A stretch of DNA of 64,000 nt from Aplysia californica (lineage: Eukaryota). Positions within the stretch are counted from its first letter, which is position 1; each line of letters opens with the position of its first letter. The stretch is taken from assembly GCF_000002075.1 (NCBI RefSeq), contig NW_004797516.1, positions 773,630 through 837,629 on the forward strand, in the 5' to 3' direction. The position numbers were made by a program, and so were the translations under genes. The notes beneath the pieces were generated by a model. The model was not told the origin of the DNA. It worked only from the letters and a program-made list of their open reading frames with translations, and searched no databases. Shown piece after piece: positions 36,051 to 50,058 of the stretch.

Positions 36051-38924
36051 ACTCGGCTCGCTTTGTCGTCATTTTTGAGAGGATTAGAAACAGCTCTGTC
36101 ATTTTGCGCGTCCCTCGCAACGCCTAGTTCTTCGTAGAGTTTGAAGCTCAGTTCAGTTTTATTGTAAGTTTGTTTTTTAATTTGCTATTGTTGTTTAGTC
36201 ATATTATAACATACACTCATACACACTGCGTACCTGCTGACCGATTGTTGGGGACATAAATCATAAAATTTAAGATGAATGTGGGCTATAAATGAACAGA
36301 GATATATAATATGACATATTGTGGGGTGGGGGAGGGGCGGAGGGAGACAAAGCGAGTAATTGAGTTTGTTAGAAAAAGGACAATTTCATACTTACAAAAT
36401 GGATTGTTTTCAAGTCATATTGTCTACATTTCCCTTCTACTGACGCAAAGCCTAAAATCCGTTATTGTCTCAAAATGAGCAAATAATTGTAGGCTGGGAT
36501 ACTGTAAATCACTCATTGCATGGATCCTGTGTGCACACCCAAATAACGTTGTCTAATATATGGCACAAATAATGATATTATACCGACAATATTTTAAAAT
36601 GCAACACTTAGATAAAATAGCCAGATTACCTTAAACGTTCAAAATATTTTATAAAATTGACGTTGATTGGCAATGGTGATTGGCTACACAACACCCCATC
36701 TTCCATGAACCGCTGCTGCTGCTGCTGCACATGTTGTTTGGCATCGGTTCCGCAAATGAGGCAGAATATTACACCGGTCTTATTGGTGGGTATATTTACA
36801 CTGGTTGGCTACTTTATATTTTCTCTTCCCAACAACATCGACAGTTAATCTTTTCCATTTAACAAGCCTCAAAGGTGTGCTAGAGTTGCAGCTGAAGCTT
36901 CTAGAAGCTTCTCAGTCACATTCCTGATTCCAGAGGGCCGATATACGAGCGCCTTGTCGTGGTAAGCAGTGCCAAATCTAGACATACTGTGTGAGCGACG
37001 CAAAGCAAAATATTTCAATAAAGTTATGCTTTTTGTTATAATAAGAGATCGTCAAGTCCATCTCATTCATTTTTTCAGACTTTCACTCACCCATATGGTC
37101 TCCCCCGTGCAAAAGACCCTGTTTGCATTATTTGGAGATTATCTGGCTTATTTAAAGATAAACAATCACAAAAATCCCTTTGAGTACATTTTAACGATAG
37201 ACAAATCGCATGAAAAAGTAATCAACATCAAAGGACTTCGAAGAGTACCATTAATTTGTGATTGAAAAATGTTGCTGTACAGACTGGGCTTTTATTCCTC
37301 TCCAGAATGGCGGCTGGCCCCTCCACTTTGACACTTGTGACGTCATAGCTAAACCTCTAGTTCTGTTTATAATATCTTTGGCATCTCCGACAGAATTCTC
37401 CCAAAGTGGGGTGGGATGGTTTCTTCACATTTATTATTTTTTCGCACCCTGCCTTTATCGTCCACATTCTATCGACCAATACTTGCGTTTTACTGTTAAT
37501 GAATGCAGATTTTAATTGATTTTCCCCCGACATATTTGCTTTCATCGCTAACAACTGGCCAAACAGTTGGGCTGAAGGCAAAGAGACCCAGTGTATGACT
37601 AGTTAGGGATGCGCGATCAGACAGGCCTATACTTGCAATATAATTAAGAATAGGCCAATAATTGTTGGTCTTCATGAAACGAGTTATCACCGATGCTCAT
37701 AATTATTCATCACATGAATTCCTTTTTATGATTCTCCCTGGGAAAAGTCCGAACACGTTTTATGACTATGGGCTTTTTTCCCTGGATAAAATTGATTAAG
37801 AAAAAGACCCATTGCCACATTTACTCAAATATATTCGGTGTATGGCGCCCCATTCGTCTGATCTATATTTTAGTTAAGAGTTCTATGGCAATCGTAGCAC
37901 AATTAGATAATTGTTATATAATAAGCTTCGAAAATAAGTGGTGTTAGTGATTCTCGTCTACACTAGTAGAGAATCTTTGGTGTTTGTATTACTATGAGAG
38001 AGTACCAGGTACGTAAAAAGAAACCATGTAAGAGAGCTAAAAATGATAACAATAATAATATGTGTTTGATAGGAAGGAGGGAGCAACCACACGTACGAGA
38101 GCACCCGTCAACCACCCATGCCCTACTGGACAAAAATCTGTATTGCCTTCCAAAACAAATACCGCACACAATCTTTTTGGCACATCCTGTACACATTGTG
38201 TAGGCTGAATCCCCATGGACAGTGGGATAAAGATAATATGCGTGGCGTGCTGAAAAATGAGCTACTTTTCACAATCCACAAATGCGGATATTGGCCAAAA
38301 ATCGACACTGGAGACACATTTCTAGGTTTTCTATTGATGCAGTATTCATCAAGTACTAAATGCTTTTATTGTTATTTCATACTACAAATTGTTAAAACTT
38401 AGCCTATAAGAGTTATAATGTGTCTATTTTCATAGGACTCGAATACGAGAAGTAACTCATTTTGTCAGCACGCTTCCCATATTTGTGAGCCGTTAACTGC
38501 TTTCCAATAAACCAATAAATAAAACAAGCCAAGCAGAGTGGATGGTTCAATTTGGTAATGTACGGCTTGGAAAAAATGTCTCCAGTCCGCATGTTACGCC
38601 TTTCTTCTTGCCCTCACCGCAGTTTGCCCCTGTAAGTTCAGGACAACAGGACCTCCCACTTGATGCCGAGTTGTACAGTTCACAACAGAATTATGCAATA
38701 ACTGACACATGTTTTGGAGAAAGACTTGAACATTTTAAAATAATTGTGTATGTGCCTGGAGAAAGGTTACATTTGTTGGACAAGCTATTTTTGAGCTAAC
38801 AGGGTGAAACGGCCAAACAATTGTCTGGTAAAAAAAAAGGGATAATTCCATAAAAAATACCTTTCTTTTTTGGGGGGGGAGATGTTTAACGGCGCTCGCT
38901 ACTGCATAGTATTATGAGCACGCG

Positions 38925-39270
38925 GGACACATTAAACATTTTGAGTAGGTAGGAAATTTGGAATTTTGCCCGGGTGGGGGCTGAAGCCTACTCTTATCGA
39001 TTTTAGGGCCACCAAGGGATCTTTAACGAGCGCAACTTGCACACGGGATCTCAGAGATTTTTTGCTCTTATCTGAGAAGGCTAGCTGCGTGATCTTAGTC
39101 TTACCTACCATAAGATCAGGGGTGTTGATGGAAGACAGATGCGAGGAGGAGCCGAAAAGAAGCAGTTGGAAGGCTTCAGAAAGAGTCAGGAGCCCAGAAG
39201 AGGGGGCAAATGGGAGTGGGGGGGGGGGGGGGGCAGAAAGTGGAGACGAAAACAGACAACAGAACATGGT
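38925..39270 (-). mobile_element. SINE family A body and 3' part
   Basis: Aligns with 14553-14800 (GAAAGAGTCAGGAGCCCAGA...GAAAGTGGAGACGAAA). Confidence 0.75.
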
Positions 39271-39505
39271 TAGATAGAGAGAAGGAAAGTAAACACACAT
39301 TTAACTATTTCTTAATGATAACATAATATCGATAAAATTCTATATATTTCAAGTCTAAATATTATTTTTATTAATTATTTTCGCAACATGTTGTACTTCA
39401 CCAAAGGTTAAAACTGTTCTAGAAATTGAGTCAACATATATCATGTACCAAGGTTAGAGTCGTTTTTGTCCAAACTTTGTTTTTTACACCTCGTGGTATA
39501 AAATG

Positions 39506-39790
39506 TTTACTTACTTACTACCCATTACGCCATCTGGCGTTTAGGGCAGCAACAAGGGATCTCCAACTCTGTCTGTTTTGGGCCATCTTGGTCAGCGTTC
39601 CCCACGAATGATTCCAGGACTTCATTTCAGACTCTACTGTGCGTCTCCAGGTTACTTTGGGTCTGCCCCTTTTGCAACGTCCTTCGGGTGTCCAGTGGAG
39701 GGCAGTCTTCACAATAGAGTCTGGTTCTCTTCTCAGAACATGTCCAATCCATCTCCATCTTCTCCTTTTTATAATGATGGTCATGTCCTC
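39506..39790 (-). mobile_element. 5'-truncated RTE-like LINE 3' end with (TAAG)n tail
   Basis: RRRWRWIGHVLRR...WTPEGRCKRGRPKVTWRR; simple-repeat tail. Confidence 0.88.
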
Positions 39791-42700
39791 TTGCCTACAA
39801 AATGTGGTGTATCTTTAAATCTAAAACTAATCAAGATATTTGAAAAAAAAAAAAATCAGCCTGCTCAGCACATGCACACATTTATAGAAGCACTGAAAAG
39901 AAGAAGTAGAGCAGATCACCAATGGCGCTAACCAACCACCTACTGTCCCCATAACTTTTAGGGAGAGAATCTTGACAAATTTTGCTCACCAAGGAGATAT
40001 GACAAGGAGCTGAGAAAATAATAATGTCATTGGTTTATATTTTAGTTAGAGCTTTACCAGAGATCGTATTTACGGTCTTTGGTTTTACTGCACTTGCAAC
40101 ACATTTGTGCCGGAGACTAGAGGTGTTACTAAAGAGTAAAGAAAAGGAGGAAGAGAGATAAGGACAACAAATATTTGATAAGAAAGGAGCAAATCACACC
40201 AGAGCACCTGCCAACCACCACACAGAAAAATATCAATAATTGTGTGCGTTCGTCTTAAAAAAGAACAAAGAGTACACATTTTTCTCACAATACAAATTGT
40301 TTTTATTTGATTGAAAACCAAAAAAAATATTGTACATTTTGCAACAGTCTGCAGACAATTCAGTCTATTTACTTAACGTAAAGACAAAAAACCTCATTTC
40401 AAAAGGTGGACGAATATTGCGTGAAATTTGATCAATAGTCGCAAAATAATTAACAGGGCTGTTGAAATATACCACCAAAAAAAAGTTTTTTTAACACACA
40501 GTTTAGCTCTTGTTCAAAAGTAATAAGAACAATACGAAGTAAGAGTTGAGAGCGATGACGGTGGATACGTGGCAGTCACATGCTTAATGGCCACAGTAGC
40601 ATGCCAAGCATACTTTACATACGCCTAATGGCCACTACTGCTAGATATACATGAATAGGCCTACATGCTTCTGTAGGTTTGAAAATCACTAGTGTATATG
40701 CCATACATAAAGACGCATTCACCTGATTTTTACATCTGATTGATGTATTACCAGAGAATCACTGGTTTTGATGACCTATGAATGTGTCCTCTGCCATGCC
40801 AATATTTCCCCAATGGCTGTCCAAAAGATTAATTTCAATGCTACTAGAGTCCTCTCACTCAAAGCCTACAGGAGATCACCCCCCCCCCCCCAAAAAAAAA
40901 GCATGCATGTACGGAATGTGAGGTCGGGTATCACATTTATCTTAAAACAATTTTTGTGCAGCACATTACTATTTTGTAAACCAGTCATCTTTTTATTTCT
41001 CTAAAAAGTGCCCCCTAAAAAAAATTCTTTAATTTAAAAAAAATTGAATTCAACCCAGAAAACAAAGACCACTTTGACGCAAGGCATCCGTGAGCAATAC
41101 GCACCCATTGTACCTTAAAGTCTTTCAAAAGGTTTCCTTCAGCAGCACATTCTCATTGTAAGCTGTGGTCATGTTTGATCAACAAATACATGATGTACTG
41201 AGACACTAAAATCAGTTACTGAACACCTCAATTTTCCATCAGAACTCCTCAAAACAAACGAAAAAAGCAACAGTGAGTTTCCATGTCAAACAAATCACTG
41301 GATATGGTGAGAAACAGTTCTTCAAATACAAGCAGTACCAAAACGTTTATATAAATGATAGTGCACTTTGTTTTTTAAAAAATTTAAAAATCTAGATAAA
41401 AATCTACCACCACAATGACAGCAGCAAATATGAGAAATCACTGTTTACTGATTGTAACGTTTTAGACGCCCCTATGGACTCAATTTATTTAATTCAGAAG
41501 GGAGAGGGGGTCAAGTCTGAGCTGAGTGGAATCGTGAACTCAGCAGAACAACACACAGACACTCAAAAAATTATGTGGCATCATGATGAAACCGGGCATT
41601 TATCAAAGTAAAGAAATCACAAGAAACCGACCTTTTTCCACCTGTTGAGCAACTTTTATCGAATCTCTTTGTTTTGGGCTCAACGCTTTTTTATGTCCAT
41701 TTAACAAAAAAAACTACTACTCTTGCATGGATTTTACTGAAAAACGTTGATCAAAGACACAAAAAAGAAAAAATTGAAGTTTCCAAGGACACTAAAGGTT
41801 AGGAAGTCACCTAACTTTTGCAACCACTTTCTTGTTAATTTTACTTCTGACACCTAAGACTCACACTTCTTTCAACCACATTTGTCAAAACATATGGGTA
41901 TTTTCCCCCCCAAAAAAACTTCATATGCTCAAAAATTATTGAGCGCCTGATTTCACCATGTCGTGACACAAATGAACTTTCATACATAGGAATCCACTTC
42001 ACACCATCTGTTAGCAAGGCAAACTACATCACAGGTGCTGGTAAAAATCATGGGACTTAAAAATCGGCAGATTTGATTGAATAAAATAGCCTATATATAT
42101 ATACTGCACTCCTGCTGATCAATACTCATGGGAATTGTAAAGGTGGGATAGAAGGGAGTAGATGCTCCTTTTATTTCTGTCTGTGGCTAAAAAAATACAC
42201 ATTGTAGAGATTGAAGGAGAAACAATTTCACGTTGGGAGATTTTGCTGGGGAAAAAAAGCCCCAACAATCTAAATACTCGGTACTTCTGGAATCTGAACA
42301 AGAAGGACATTCCTGACAAAAAAGCAAGTACACACCATCATTTTAAGTACTGTAACGTGATGAAAATGTCGGTGACACACACTGTGACACACACACACAC
42401 ACACCACAAATAGGCCGGACTCTCAAACGCACAAACACCGGTACGTGACAATGTATCTTAGCACTGCGGCTCTCACAGTTCACAACCTTTGGAGATGAAA
42501 AAAAAAAAAGCAAATATTTACACAACAATCCTACAGAACTTTGCCAATATTTTCTGACCCCGCCCTCCCCCCCACCAACAAAAGAGCCCACCGAAAGTAA
42601 AGGTTAAAAATTAAAACCACAGAAAAAATGTTGGAACAGGACAGCCAGAACTGATTGCTCTGAACACTAATAATTATAATAGTAATAGAGCAATAGAACA

Positions 42701-45700
42701 ACAAACAGGTTGTGGGAAGGGACGTTTTGGGACTTATCACTGCAAGCTTTACGAGTTTTGATTTATCAATCCACAAAAGATCAGACCACTTTGTCTCTAT
42801 TGTTCTGTCTTTAGATTTAAAGGAAAATAGCTACAGATATATTGGGACAACAAAAGGGAACCATTAACTTTATCTTCTGCGTTAGTTGAGCAAATGAAAT
42901 ATATATGCAAGTCATAAATCAAGAACGTTTATCATTCTAGGTGACTCAGGAAATTTCATCTGAGAGATGGCGGACACATTGCTTCACAGAAAAGAGAAGA
43001 CGTATAATATCTAACACAGGAATTGAACTACACATTCTAATGGATGACAAAATGTTTCATAAAATTCAAATTCATGAAGAATGATGTTGTTTGAGCAATA
43101 ATAAAAAGTAATTAAAAAAATTAGAGAAAAACCCAACACAATGAAATGTACACATAAAAAAAAAGAAGAAAAGATTTAAAAATACGACTCCGAAATGTTT
43201 TTTTCTTTTCAGCTTAGAGTCGTAAAGAAAATAATCAAAATATAAGAAACTTAAAAGTGATTGTATGAAAATATAAGCCCAGAAATTTGATACAAATTAT
43301 AAGATATAAACCTAACTGTATTGGTTATTAAAATCAAGAAGAAGTCTTATTCAGTTGACAGTACCCACAGTGTAGAATAAAATGAAGGAATAATATAACT
43401 GTTCTAAATTATGCTGCAAAGTTTTCATTCAGAAGGCTCCAATGCAGATGAAAAATATTGAAGAAAGGTATCAGGACAATAACTGCAGCATTATGCACTT
43501 ACAATATATGCAGAATAATAATAAAATAGTAGCAATACCTCTAACATCGACCAGTGCCACCATAAAAAAGTTTTTTTTAAAAAGCAAACTGCTGCCCAGC
43601 TACACAACCCCCCCCCCAAAAACAAAAAAAACCAAAACAACAACAACCCAACCCCCCCCCCCCCCCCCCAATCCCAAACCAAAATATTATGACATCATGA
43701 CAGATCAGCATGGGCAGGCTTTTTTAAAATGGGAAAAGTTAACTCCTCTACTTGACCAAATTAGGCAAATTTGAGTAATATTTCAATGGAGCCCTTGATT
43801 CTCCATAATGACAATGGGCTAAGACTTTTTTTTCTTCTTCTCCTTGTTTAATGCCCCTATCAACACTATATATACTTAATGGGCTGAGAGGAAAATTACA
43901 AGTTGGCCAAATTCGTCAAACAAACTGTGCTCCTGTGGCAGGCTAGCAAAGCAGGAATGGTCCAAAGTATAATAAAATCAGTGTAATACAAAAAACATAC
44001 ATATAATAGTACAGATTTACTCGTTAGGAATATAAAAACAAAATATACAAACATATAAATTTTGCTTATTTATTTAGAAGCATGAGCTTCAATATAATTT
44101 GATACAGTGTTACAAAAAAAAAAAGAAGAAGAGATCTAACTGTACTGGAAAAATGTTGAAAATGGAATGTATGATCAAGAAGCATGGTAAAGTAAAGTAA
44201 GTGGCACATTCTCTCTTTGTGAAGATGGTCCAATAAAAATGACACAGGAAAACACCCTTTTACCATAGACCTATTTCCTTCAGAATTAAACATAAAAAAA
44301 CCCCATTGTGCATGAGATGTATGTAAGTTGGAACATTTCATGAGCATTGACTTCATAGTGTCTGTTACTCTGAACCTAACATTTCATGACAACAGATATG
44401 ATCATCACATCTGCTATTCTCAATCTATAACTGATGATGCTTACATGATATGGCTTACACTCCCTTGATCGACATAATAAAACGTTAAAATATCAAAACT
44501 CCGCACACTTTCTAGCAATATTGTGCAATAAGGACACAACACTGCACAGAGACAAAAAGTCAGATGGATAACAACCTGGTGTACTGTGGAGGCAATTCTA
44601 GCCCCACCATTTTGAAACAGCAAAAGTAAAAATCTGGTGACAAATTAGGATACAACAACAAACTTGCAGTTATGGCTGTGAAATAAAACAAATGAGAACG
44701 GATGAGACTAATAATAAAAAAAAAAACTTATTCAAAGGGGGGGGGGGGGTGTGTTGTCAAAGACAGTTGACAAGACCCGTAAAGCTACAGTTGGCTAGAG
44801 AGGGAATGTCGACGTAACACTACATGGACTACCTGCTGCACTCTTTGAGATATACAACCAACCAGGCCGTGGCTTCGACAGTCATATAGTTCAAAGCCTG
44901 CAGCATGTATACCAGCAGGAAGCTACCTGCCCTGGTTGTGTTCCATGTGATCCAAAAGAAGTATTTAACAGTTTCACGAAATAGTAATATGCAACTGTTG
45001 AAAAATATTTTGTGCCACAATCAAACCATTTTAAATCATCCACAAGGCAGGCTGTTTCAACTCTGCCAGTAAATTACAAATACACAATGTCTTGTACGAC
45101 GTGTTGAGATACTCGATAACCTTGGAATCGAATTTGTCCTCTGTGTGCAATGGTGAAGCGTGTAACCAGTACACCACAGACAATGTTTCACCTGCAAGTA
45201 CAACTGAGAATGTATACAAAACTACAGTGGTAACGACAAATGTGAGCAATTGAAATGTTACATATATGCTGGGATAGACGGAATACTGAATTGAGAGAGA
45301 AAAAAAAGGAAGGTATACAGAAAGCTTGACAATGACTGTAGAAAATATCTGGGCGTTAAATTAAATGTGCCCTTCCCCCACCAACCAATTAAAGTAGTAA
45401 ATTGAAACTGGGCATGTCAAAAGCAGTGAAGTTATGCTCATTACATGATATAACCTCACTTTTTCATTTCAGATAAAATTGAAAAAAAATATTTGTTTAT
45501 TGACTCCTGAGCCAGCATTGAAAAGAATACAACATACAAGGGTAGTGGAAATAAATAAAAAAAGACTTTTGCATAACAAAAGTACGATGTAATGTAAGGC
45601 GTTAGCGGCACACTGACTACACAAGGAAACCAGAAACTCTCTTCTTTTAACCAATCTCTCTCTCTCTCCCGTTCTGAAAAATGAATAAACAAAATAAGAA

Positions 45701-45763
45701 AATCAGATTTTTGAAAAAGTCCCAAATTCATTACAGTACCATCTACATTCAAGCAAGCCGAAA

Positions 45764-46048
45764 ATATAATATAATAGATAGCATTTGTATAGCGCAAATC
45801 CCCGCTAAACAGCAAGCTCTATGTGCTTCACAATCTATACTATTACCCCAGCAGACCCGAGAGCATTCTGAAACAACCTCAACTTCCTGGGAAGCATACA
45901 GTGCAAGTCTATGGCCGGGTACCCATTTCCACCTAGGTGAAGTGAGGAAAATTCGTGTAAATTGCCTTTCCCAAGGACACAACGTCGGGCCTGAGGCTCG
46001 AACCCCCGAATCCGCAATCTCACTATTACGAGTCCGGTAGCCTAACCG
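45764..46048 (-). mobile_element. CORE-type tRNA SINE with L2-like tail
   Basis: B box GGTTCGAGCC, CORE-like TGTGTCCTTGGGAAAGGCA...AAATGGGTACC, tail GCGCTATACAAATGC plus (TA)-rich end; related head fragment near 11866-11945. Confidence 0.8.
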
Positions 46049-46227
46049 AAAGGGAGATTTTTTCCTGTTGGCATTCAAAGCAAAGCACCAAAGGCATCTA
46101 CAGAGCAGACTGCCAGCCACACAACAATATCTTAAAAATATCGACAAAATTTTAAAAATATTATGATATGCTTGTTTAAGAACTCCTGCATAGAAACACA
46201 CACAGTTCAAATACACAAAAGCATATA

Positions 46228-47021
46228 CAGTTGAACCTGTGTAAGACAACCACCCATTCAAGGTGAAAAGAGGCCGTACAAGACAGGTGGGCGTCTTAGG
46301 CAGGACTGATCAAAATGGAGAAAACAAACAATATAATTCTTTTCCGAGGTCCCAACCGAAAGTAGCCGCATTGTTGTTGTTGTTGTTGTCATTGTTTTTG
46401 TTTTAGTTTTCGCTGTTTTTTTTTCCTTTTGTTGCTACTTTAGTGCATGGGTGACAATAAAACGAAATGAGTCAGACAAGGAGGACCGAGTGTTATGGAA
46501 AAGCAAACACATGGTTCGCCACCACTCGCAGAACGAGCGACACTTCCGTCACAAGTTCATGTTGACGCCCATTGATATTTTGTTACAGACTGGGTAAACA
46601 GTGACCACTCATCTCACTTACGATTTGTGTATGATTTCTGGGCGGGGCTTATGGGTTATGAGGGATCTCACGCTTACCTCACCAGCAGCTGAAAATTTGT
46701 TACCTATTGGTCAATAGTGGGAGGGGCCTACGGAACATGATCGGTTGGAGGGACTACCTAACAACAACGACAGGGGAATTGATTATGACGGCTCGCCCAC
46801 AACGCCAGGGGCCAATGCAAAATTTATGACAAAACGTAATGGAGTCGATAAAAGTGGCCGTCTAAGACAGGTGTTATTACTTAGTGTGATCGGGGTTGTG
46901 TGTTAAAATATGGTGGCCGCGGCGGACAGGTGCCCGTTTTACACAGTTAAATTATATAGGAAAAACGCAAGGGGAAAATGAAAAGTGGCCGTTTTATAGA
47001 GGTGGCGGGCAGGCTCGACAA
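46228..47021. mobile_element. Tc1/mariner-pogo-like MITE, copy of 53915-54733
   Basis: Colinear similarity over about 800 bp; degraded right TIR. Confidence 0.85.
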
Positions 47022-49529
47022 TATTTCGCTTCGATTTGGACAAATTTTGACCAGGAACAAGAGAGAGGAAAAAAAAAACCCTTTTTGAAAAAGATTACAC
47101 GAGTCAGCCTTGATCTTATTTTCTTTTTACTTTCCTTCTTTTACAGTGTGGTTTCCATGACAAAAATGGCTCTGGTCCCCAAGTAGAACATGACACAATT
47201 TGAAAATTACAACTCACTCTTTCGGACCCGACATTTTCTCTAGATGCAATACATAACCAAAGAAAGTACAGGACTTTGCCTGCACAGACAACTAGTTCAA
47301 AGATATTCTTATACCGGTATGTAAAGACTGTTCAAGGAGCCCATATATGAGTTGTCTTTCAAGATCCTCAAAATAATCGAGAATGATTCTGAATTCACAC
47401 TGTATCAAAACTTTTCAAAATAATGATCATAAATATTTTGGAGACATAATGCAATCACCATGAAAAATGGTGCTGATAGAATACATAAAATGACCAGAGT
47501 TGTCAGCTAAAACTACCTGTACAGAGAGAGAGAGAGAGAGAAAACCCCCTCCAAAAAAAAGCACAAGTGAAAGAAACACTGCCACGTAAATGACCTGGTA
47601 CAAATCTAGGCCAACGTGGTCTCTGTGGGTAAAGCTGTGTAAATGATTAGACTGCTTTTAAGCATGGACGGAGCAACACAGACTGTCGTCTAAAAGAAGC
47701 AAAGAGGAATACTGCTGTCACGCACAATACATTATATCAATAAAATGACTTCTAAATAGCTGGTTTATAAGTCAGAAAAGAGTTTTACTTTTCAGGCTCC
47801 TTATATTATGACCCAACATCTAATCTGTCAGAAAGCTTTGAAACGAGGAAAAATACTTGAGTATCAGCTCTTGTTACTTAACACTACACATTTAAACAAA
47901 AATGTTCAGACAATGAGCGACATGAAAATAATATCCTTGGGGTCTGATGTACCCCCCCCCGCCCTCTAGAATCTATGTGATAGCAACCCCTAAAGTAACT
48001 TTAAGACAAGCTTTTTATTTAATTCAAAATGGGTGCTACACAAACAATGTGAAACACAAAGGCTGGGGAAAGAACAAAGTATAATCTGTCTCGATTGTTT
48101 GCACCATGCCAAATACTACTGAGAAGTATAAGTACACATGGAGAATGATGAGCTAGAAATGTCAGGGGTTAGATCAAATAGAGAAATTATTGATTATATT
48201 GCACAACATTTATATTTCCATAAACATCAAGCAAATATTCAATGAAACTACAACAGACTTGCAAACACCTAAACATGAATTGGACCTGATCTGGTGTAAA
48301 ACAAGCAAAAATATCGTAGTGCTCATATCATATTAGCTTTTGTTTGTCCCCAGTGTTCACACATTCATGACGACAACGATAAATGCACAGAGAACGGTTT
48401 CAGAAGAACATCTCACGCATGATCTATCCGCTTATAAATTCAAAAAAGATATGTGGAGTATGCTTTTGAAAGAAGTCAGTAAAAAAACACAATAACTATG
48501 CCAATGAAAGGAAAAAAATACAATTCTCACTATTTCAAAGTGAGAGCCTCGACAATATTATTGACGACAGTACCAACTGGGCAACAGTTCATTTTAAACC
48601 CCCCCCCCCCCATACCAAAATAGATGACAAAAAGGTTATCTTATACTGTGCAATTCAGATCAGAAATATTGTACATATTTATCTCTTATCATAACTTTGT
48701 AATTTGATTCAACAATATCTTTTTAAAAATCTGGCCGTCCACTATGACCTTGCTTAGCTTAGCTTGTGCACTGTCATCAAAGGACAAAACGAAAATGTAA
48801 AGGGAACAGTCACAAACCTAAGGAAAAAAAAAAGCTTAAAATAAAATAAAAAATATACACAAGTGGAAAGAAAAAAACCCCCAACAACCTCTAAGTAGAA
48901 AAAAAACCTCACTGTAAAAATTTTGCCTGCCGTTTCAAAAGGTGCCACTCTGTCATAATCTTCTGACTGTAAACTTACAATAGCACCTCCCGCCCCCAAA
49001 ACAACGACAACAACAAAACAAACAAACCAAAAAAACCCTGCAATTGCAGCATAAAAATTGGGTGACAAAATATAGGCATGCATGGTAAACAGTGGTTGGA
49101 CACTTCACAATAATTAGGCAGACGTCATTCATGGTAACCCCTTTACCCGCGGAAAAGAAAACTAACCCCTCTCCACCCCCTGATTAATTGATCACAAGGC
49201 AAACTCACCACAGTCAATCCCAAACACACATATGAAACGAAAATTTTGGAAATAGGCACATCAGAAAGCAAAAAGAGGAATGGGCGTGTCCTGGTCTAAC
49301 AATACCCCCCCACATTATCCAGTGGTCTTGTCAAGTAATATAAATATAGGAATCTAGCATACAGAAGGATGGGATGATGTAGGCGGGCAATAATTTGCAC
49401 TGGTCTGGAATTATTTCTGCTTCTTTAAGATTTAAACATTTTTTCATCAAGTCCTCGCTCCTGCCGAGGGTAGCAGTAACCGTGGGTGAGAAGAGAAGGC
49501 AGGCCAATGGGAGCAGAAGCCAGTGGCCA

Positions 49530-49651
49530 CTAGGACTGAGGGGCTCCACCGTTGTAAGCATAGTCTGCCTTGTTGTGCATGATGAGACGATCCTCCACAA
49601 AGTAGAAACTGTCAGAGCGAGTCTCGTACGGGTGTTCCATCATTTCTTCAA
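49530..49651 (-). CDS. UNC119: UNC119 exon 5 (last)
   Basis: [39 protein letters not shown]; total CDS 684 nt, 227 aa. Confidence 0.95.
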
Positions 49652-49867
49652 CTGAAACACCAAAATGGTGGGGGGGGGGGGGGGGGGGGGAGTGGGGAGG
49701 GTGGCATAATTCTCGTTAAGGTTGAAAAGTACACTTTAAAAAAATATTAAAAAAAACAAAAACAACATGGCAAGGACACTGTCAATGGCAGAAAGATCAC
49801 TTGGCTGGCCTGCTGATGGGATACTTACAGGAAACGACATATCTTGTTTGAGCTCAGACAGAAATAT

Positions 49868-50058
49868 ACGTGGGTGGGTGGTTGGCGGGTGCTCTGGTGT
49901 GGTTTGCTTCTTCTTTCCTGTCAAAGATCTATCGTCCTTATCTCCCCTTTTTCTTTTTTATGTTTGTTACTCTCTTGTAACACCTCTAATCTTCTGGCCC
50001 CCATATGACCTTTTATGCAGTTGCGAGTGCCATAAAACCTCTACTAAAACTAAAGAAA
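49868..50058 (+). mobile_element. Retroposon family C copy
   Basis: 12-bp TSD AGACAGAAATAT at 49856-49867 and 50059-50070. Confidence 0.88.

Noticed and set aside
49331-49600. 89-aa ORF or stop-codon readthrough extending UNC119
   Set aside because: The ORF is a shifted frame; the true frame stops at TAG 49532-49530 at about the conserved C-terminus, with no typical readthrough context.
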